This document shows, piece after piece, positions 57,965 to 64,000 of a DNA stretch of 64,000 nucleotides. Source of the DNA: Eledone cirrhosa. Lineage: Eukaryota. Positions within the stretch are counted from its first letter, which is position 1. The number at the start of each line of letters is the position of its first letter. Where the stretch lies: contig OZ024742.1 in assembly GCA_964016885.1 (NCBI GenBank), forward strand, positions 300,390,001 to 300,454,000, in the 5' to 3' direction. The position numbers were made by a program, and so were the translations under genes. A model generated the notes under the pieces. That model was not told the DNA's origin. It searched no databases and worked only from the letters and a program-made list of their open reading frames with translations.

Positions 57965-58002
57965 ACTTTTGAAAAGCAGAAGAACTGCGAAACCGGTAAA
58001 GG
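57965..58002 (+). ncRNA. U3-A8 variant hammerhead, additional copy
   Basis: CUU-UUGAAAA-GCAG-aagaa-CUGC-GAAAC-CG-GUA^AAG. Confidence 0.72.
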
Positions 58003-58092
58003 AATCAAATAAATATATATTTAAAAAAAAAATCAAATAAATATATATTTAAAAAAAAAAGACTCCAGTTGCATTTTCGATTCCATTTTTTT

Positions 58093-58168
<76 letters not shown>

Positions 58169-58326
58169 GATAACAAGTTATCGTTATAGGTAATCCAGTT
58201 AGAGGTTGTGAGTACTCTGCGTCGTGGATAGTTTTAACATACGGCTTTATTTGACTCAACAAGATGTTTCCATAGTTAGGCAGCGAGTTCGCGGTAATTC
58301 CTTTGCAGGTTATACTTGGAGTAATA

Positions 58327-58448
58327 ATAGTGAAAGAATGAAGAGTAACATGGTTGGCTGTAGAACAAGGGGCTTTATTTTAGCCCCTTGTTGTATTAAA
58401 ACCCCTTGTTGTACAGCCAACCATGTTACTCTTCATTCTTTTACTATA
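58327..58448. repeat. Fold-back with ~46-bp arms ending in (TA)n
   Basis: ATAGTGAAAGAATGAAGAGTAACATGGTTGGCTGTA... and its reverse complement. Confidence 0.8.
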
Positions 58449-58597
58449 TATATATATATTTATATACTTACATAGGAACTACTGACGAAATAATATTTGC
58501 TATCAATGGGTTAAAGACATCTGTCAAATCAATTAGTGGTGAAGGTGATGTATATACATATACACATAACCCATATATATATATATATATATATATA

Positions 58598-58788
58598 TAG
58601 GAACGAGTAAAACTCCGACGGCTGAGCTCAAGCCGTTTCGACGGCTAATTCTCAGAGAATTAGCCGTCGAAACGGCTTGAGCTCAGCCGTCGGGGTTTTA
58701 CTCGTTCCTATTACCCACTCTACTACCATAAGTATTGAGTACTTTGGTGCGTTATGGTCTGCCTGGTTCCTTACCACATTTCCTTCGT

Positions 58789-58790
<2 letters not shown>
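58598..58790 (+). mobile_element. Fold-back element in (TA)n
   Basis: Palindrome 58598-58712; homologous to the 7658 and 12452 copies. Confidence 0.85.
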
Positions 58791-58881
<91 letters not shown>

Positions 58882-59102
58882 TGAGTAAGTGTGAAAGACC
58901 AAAGGTCATTATTGAAAGCCTCTGGATTTCGCAAAATACATAATATTTTTTATTGGAGAAGGTAAGATACTTTTACGCAAAAGTTTGATTGCATTGTTTT
59001 TTGAAAATATTATTTATTCATCATAAAAATTAAACGATAGTATTCTATATGTAGGTAGGCCTCCTTCATCTGGCAATCAATATTTTTAGACTTAGTCCGC
59101 CA

Positions 59103-59163
<61 letters not shown>

Positions 59164-59323
59164 GATAAATCTACCAAAATATACGGTAGTGTCCAATCCG
59201 TATGAAGAACTCAATGTAATCCAAATATCACGAAAAGAGAAGATGTATTCAAAAATAATTTCGATGAAAATCACAGGAAAACAGAGTCAACTGTTTCTTT
59301 GTTTTTATTCATTGTTTTTATTA

Positions 59324-59356
<33 letters not shown>

Positions 59357-59360
<4 letters not shown>

Positions 59361-59398
59361 TTTGCATGTCAGTTAGATTCAAACTTACAATGATTGGC

Positions 59399-59444
<46 letters not shown>

Positions 59445-59482
59445 TTTGCATGTCAGTTAGATTCAAACTTACAATGATTGGC

Positions 59483-59548
<66 letters not shown>

Positions 59549-59586
59549 TTTGCATGTCAGTTAGATTCAAACTTACAATGATTGGC

Positions 59587-59634
<48 letters not shown>

Positions 59635-59677
59635 GCCAATCATTGTAAGTTTGAATCTAACTGACATGCAAAAACAT
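59357..59677. repeat. Three direct and one inverted copy of a ~45-bp unit separated by (TA)n
   Basis: TGTTTTTGCATGTCAGTTAGATTCAAACTTACAATGATTGGCATTA at ~59357, 59441, 59545; inverted at ~59631. Confidence 0.92.
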
Positions 59678-60599
59678 ATATATATAGGAATAAGTTAAGG
59701 AATGAGGTGCAACAGAAATGGAACATGGATTACAGGTTAAAATATAGTCTAGATAGATATGAAACAATACAAGGATGTAGTTTATGGAACACCCAAATGA
59801 TTTAATGAAGTCCACCTTAAGTAGGAGCAATAACATTAAGAACGACATGAACGACACCACAATACTTCATTTTGAAAATGTTGAAAGTAGGTTTATAAGT
59901 ATGAGTTTTCATAGGATTTTCGTTGTTGTCTCTGTGGCCTAGCGGTAGATATCAGAGACGGTGGAGATCCTGACGTTGAGTTCGATCCTGGTGAAAAGGT
60001 ACATGTCACCTTTTTCAGTTTTTATTTTACAACCAATAGAAATAAAAATTAAAAGGTTTATCGGCAACCCTACTCCCGACCAGGATCACCACCGGCTATG
60101 ATTGCTCCAACTAGGCCACTGAGACAGCTACAAACGTATAATGAAAATTGATAATTATAAACCTACTTTCAAAATCAAAGTTAAAAAGATGTGGTGTCGT
60201 TCACGGCTTTCCTAGAGCTATTAGTAACATTTAGGGTCGACTTCTGATTATTATTGAAAGTCTCTGGATTTCACAAAATACATAATATTTTTAATTGGAG
60301 AAGGTAAGATATTTTTACGTAAAAATTTGATTGCACTGTTTTGTTTCCACTTATGTATTTTTCGAAAATGTTATTTATTCATTATAAAAATTAAATGATA
60401 GCAATCTATCTGTAGGTGGGACCCCTTCATCTCCTGGTAACCAATAATTTTAGACCCAGTCAGCCACTGCATGCATGTATGTTTCTATGTATGTATGTGG
60501 ATAAAAATATAATAAAATGTTTATAATTTGAATCTTGGTGGCCTCACTCAGTGACTCTGAAAGTCATCACTATCTGATGATTTTAAGATAAGCTTCTTC

Positions 60600-60960
60600 C
60601 CAGACACTGTGGAATCAGTGCTCTTGTACGTGTTGTTCATTGCTGGACACTCACGAGTCTCCTGGAGACAAGACTTGGTAGCATCTTATGGGATGGACTT
60701 TTCTAAATGTCTCCCGGAATAAGAACCTGACATAGAAGAGAGCACTTTTTTTTTGGGGGGGGGGGATCACTGATGTCGTTAGAGAGAGGCGCATGCGCTT
60801 TGCAGGGCATTGCTAAAGATCTCAGCAAAACTCAAGGGTGATATATACTCTTATTGACACCACGAGATGGATATACATGCGTCGACTGTCCAGCAAAAAC
60901 ATTTATTGACCAGTTTTGTACGAGTTGGTAATGTTGCACTGTTGACCAACTGACAAGTAA
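60600..60960 (+). mobile_element. Degraded RTE-like LINE C-terminal fragment
   Basis: RERRMRFAGHC*RS motif. Confidence 0.5.
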
Positions 60961-61526
60961 ACATCTGTTCCCGGATCCGGTGGCTGATGGAGATGTTGCC
61001 ACCTCCCTGTTCATCACCATCAGTACAGAGTTGGCTACCCGCAGGTGTGACGCTCGCGAGCTGGAATGGCTATTCGGGTAAACGCCTTCTCTATTCTGTC
61101 CGCCGAGGCCGAGGGTGGCCAGCGCGTGAGCCCCCATTTGCTCATAATTGTGGGAGATGGGGAGAGTGGGAGAGACGGGGGCAGTGAGAGTGGTAGTTTG
61201 GTCCCTTTTTTGAAATACAAGACTTGTCTGTCTTTCAACGGTTTCCTTCGTCGGTATTCCCACTACGACCGTCTCAATTCAATGGCAAGAAGTGTTGCCA
61301 AGGATTGCCATGGAGACCACCCACACAAATATTTATCTATAAGGAGACTGCTATTATGAATCCACACTAGAGTTTCTTTTCCAGGTGCTTGGGATATTAA
61401 AAATACATACATTTCTAATCCCATACATATACATATACATGCACATAAACATACACACACACGCATACACACATGCACGCCTACATGCCCATATGCACAT
61501 CCATACACACACACGCATCCGCTTAA

Positions 61527-61779
61527 ATACATACATACATACATACATACATACATACATACATACATACATACATACATACATACATGTTTGCATACAT
61601 ACATACATACATACATACATACATACATACATACATACATACATACATACATGCTTGCATACATACATACATACATACATACATACATACATACATACAT
61701 ACATACATGCTTGCATACATACATACATACATACATACATACATACATACATACATACATACATACATACATACATACA
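61527..61779. repeat. (TACA)n microsatellite
   Basis: Direct reading. Confidence 0.98.
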
Positions 61780-61789
61780 TCCTCAGTGA

Positions 61790-62300
61790 GAGGATCACCA
61801 TTGCAATCTGTCAATAGATCCGTAAAGCGGGGCTGGCAATATAGTTAGTGGACTCCAGGCCTTCACTGATGAAATTCTTGTTCATGTTTTCTACGGCGAA
61901 CTACGTTAAGGCAAACGAAACCAAGGGGCCTCCAGAAAATGCTTCAAGGATCAATTCAATCGCCAGCTATTCCAAGGCAATATCGATCACAAGGATTGGG
62001 GACACCTGGCAGAACACAGATAGAAATGTAGAGTGACCCTCAAAAATAGCTTTGAGGAGGACAGGAAGGTGACAGCTAAAGACAATCATCAAAGAAGGAA
62101 GCTGTCCGCCACCCAACCACCAACTGACCAAGTACATAGTTGCCCCAACTTTACCAGAGCCTGCAGGTCCAGCATTGGCCTCTTCAGCCACATCAGAGCG
62201 TGCCGCCGCATAGAACAGGACACCAATTCTTCCCACTGATCTTCGCAAGCGAAGAATTCGCCATTCATTCATTCATTCATTCATTTATTCATTCAGTTAT
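61790..62300 (+). mobile_element. Degraded RTE (BovB-like) 3' end with (CATT)n tail
   Basis: VFYGELR*GKRNQGASRKCFKDQ...CPNFTRACRSSIGLFSHIRAC. Confidence 0.8.
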
Positions 62301-62601
62301 CCATTCGTATATGTATCTATCTATCTAGGGTGGGTAAAATTGTCGAGATCCATGGACGAGTTCTCTCCAGCGGTCTCTGTCCCTCATCATCGCTGCCATG
62401 TCCTGCGTGTATGTATGTGCGAGCATAAATAAAGACAAATCAAAACGTAAACATTCACAAAGGCGCTACTTGCAGACATACAGGAATCAAAATACACACA
62501 TTTACACATACAAACACTTTATTGAGAAAGAGTTGAAAAACGGATGCAAAGCTAAGTTTCAGTTGTTTTTATTGTTGTTATTACTGTCCCCTTGAAAGTT
62601 A

Positions 62602-62751
62602 TCATTTGAACCCTGAATCAGTGAAAGCTGGGTTAGCATATGTAAACGCTGATCCGTTGGAAAAACTGCTGGATTCCTTCTGTTGGTAGCCGGGACGGTC
62701 AAATATTACCGAAACATTGGCATTGTTTGCTGGAGGAGTTGAATTTCCCGA
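62602..62751 (-). CDS. Probable terminal coding exon (cytoplasmic tail) of the ionotropic glutamate receptor
   Basis: Branch-like CTAAT, polypyrimidine tract and TTTTAG acceptor. The phase-0 frame matches the upstream donor and reads SGNSTPPANNANVSVIFDRPGYQQKESSSFSNGSAFTYANPAFTDSGFK*. Confidence 0.65.
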   Translation of the reverse strand, partial: SGNSTPPANNANVSVIFDRPGYQQKESSSFSNGSAFTYANPAFTDSGFK

Positions 62752-63034
62752 CTAAAACAATAATTAGAAAAAGGGGGAGATTTTAGAAAGTTTTAAATAA
62801 CATAAAATAGCAATATAAAATATGTATTATTTATCGATTAGCAAGGGTAACGGTAGTTCTCATAACCCTTTTCCCTAGTGGGAGAAAGAGAAAGAGAAAG
62901 AGGTAAATAAAGCATCATGAAACTAGAGGTCTTACTCGAATGCCTTTCCAACAGAGATGCCTACTCAAAAGGCGGGACCCTAAAGTCATATGTTGGTGTT
63001 AAACTGGGCGACAAATTACGTATACTACCCAAGT

Positions 63035-63172
63035 AGGCCACAGCGGGATTTGAAATCCACTCGCAAACAGACGAAACAAATACCATTCAAAGTTTTGTTA
63101 ATTCTGTCAGTTCCTCACCCACTACTGGTACTCTATTTATCAACCTCGGAAAGGCGACAGGCAAAGTTAACC
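63035..63172 (-). mobile_element. Degraded Nin-domain SINE pieces
   Basis: GCGGGATTTGAA and CTGGTACTCTATTTATCAACCTCGGAAAGG...AGGCAAAGTTAACC. Confidence 0.6.
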
Positions 63173-63224
63173 TGCTGTTGTCGTTATTGTATTAAGTATT
63201 CGTCATCCATCATTCCATGTCCCC

Positions 63225-63646
63225 AAAATCTCTCACAATTGATCCCTGGAGGTAGCCAGATCCATAAATCTATCGACAAAGTTTTCGACGAGGACGAAGC
63301 TGTTCATTATCCCTTTAAATTTCTCAGCACCCATGAACTATTTTGTATGCTGCACATAACCTTGAATTGCTTCTCAGAAACATGGATTGGCAATCATGAT
63401 TGTACAATGGGACGAGTATGGTTGTGACTGAACTACCATCCCCAAATCCTCATCGTATTTTTACCTAGAATACCGCTAATACCAACAGAGTTCCCCTTTC
63501 GTTTCAAACGACTGCAATTCCGAGTGAGAGTCAGTTACGCAATGACCATTAACAAGTCCCAAGGTCAAACACTGCAGGTTGTTGGTCTCCATCTAGAAGA
63601 GGGCTGTTTCTCACATCGTCAATTGTATGTAGGTTGCTCCAGAATG
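63225..63646 (+). pseudogene. Helitron Rep/Hel PIF1-like helicase C-terminal fragment (intronic)
   Basis: LIPGGSQIHKSIDKVFDEDEAVHYPFKFL and FLPRIPLIPTEFPFRFKRLQFRVRVSYAMTINKSQGQTLQVVGLHLEEGCFSHRQLYVGCSR. Confidence 0.9.
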
Positions 63647-63777
63647 TTATCTCGTATGTTAATTCATACAGCATAGACGGAAGAGGAGGAGAGCTTATGG
63701 TGTTGGTGTATTTCTGAATTGCTTGTCAACCAAGCCTGATCTTCCCTTTAGTTTTTTACTCCCAGAGAATCACTTAC

Positions 63778-63979
63778 CTTTTTGTATTTGTTCCATATTA
63801 CTTCCAAAGCTAGAAACAGCAGACTACATGCCAATCCGATGCCAAGGACTATGAATGTTCCAGACAGACTCTCCACACTAAGACCCTCAGTGTCTTTAAC
63901 TTTAGTTTCTTCAGTCAATGTAGGCCACCATTTTCTTTTCAGATCTTCTAGAACAGACTTCTGTTGTAGCTGTAGAATA
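63778..63979 (-). CDS. Ionotropic glutamate receptor-family exon (end of S2 + M4 helix)
   Basis: TTTCTTTCCCAG acceptor, AAG|GTAAGT donor. ILQLQQKSVLEDLKRKWW...GLSVESLSGTFIVLGIGL...LEVIW matches the iGluR ILxLxExGxLxxLKxKWW...GxFxVL pattern. Confidence 0.88.
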
Positions 63980-64000
63980 CTGGGAAAGAAACATAACAAT

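Larger units (their letters stand above)
57076..60469. mobile_element. Non-autonomous hAT element expanded by nested insertions, with duplicated right end
   Basis: TIRs CAGTGGCAGACTGG / CCAGTCAGCCACTG; TSD TATGCATG/CATGCATG; second right end 58905-59105 resembles 60250-60469. Confidence 0.72.

Noticed and set aside
59357-59677. CRISPR-like repeat-spacer array
   Set aside because: The spacers are only (TA)n, the context is eukaryotic, and there are no cas genes.
63225-63646. Host PIF1 helicase gene
   Set aside because: Internally deleted, interrupted, intronless and antisense within an intron; typical Helitron remnant.

Overview
AT-rich, microsatellite-saturated eukaryotic DNA, most likely from an octopus or related cephalopod (inferred from the repeat repertoire, not proven). 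Nearly all long ORFs in the supplied track are artefacts of (TA)n/(TACA)n/(CA)n arrays. The only host gene I can support is the last two minus-strand exons of a divergent ionotropic glutamate receptor (62602-63979). The rest is nested transposon debris: a 5'-truncated but open RTE LINE with three C-terminal C2H2 fingers; seven copies of a ~610-bp non-autonomous RTE derivative; a 5'-truncated Penelope-like element (PLE; RT + GIY-YIG) with an inverted pLTR; several other PLE ends; R4/Dong-like RLE LINE fragments; Nin-domain tRNA SINEs; three hAT MITEs; Helitron pieces; and one assembly gap. The main signal is about 22 hammerhead-ribozyme (HHR) motifs, read by eye, from about 12 unrelated sequence families. 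They include a compensatory U3-A8 core variant, U4C variants, ribozymes with large loop-II insertions and a possibly permuted form. Most sit in fold-back or ~1-1.5-unit direct-repeat elements inserted into microsatellites. No folding or database searches were run, and coordinates are hand-counted (+/- a few nt).
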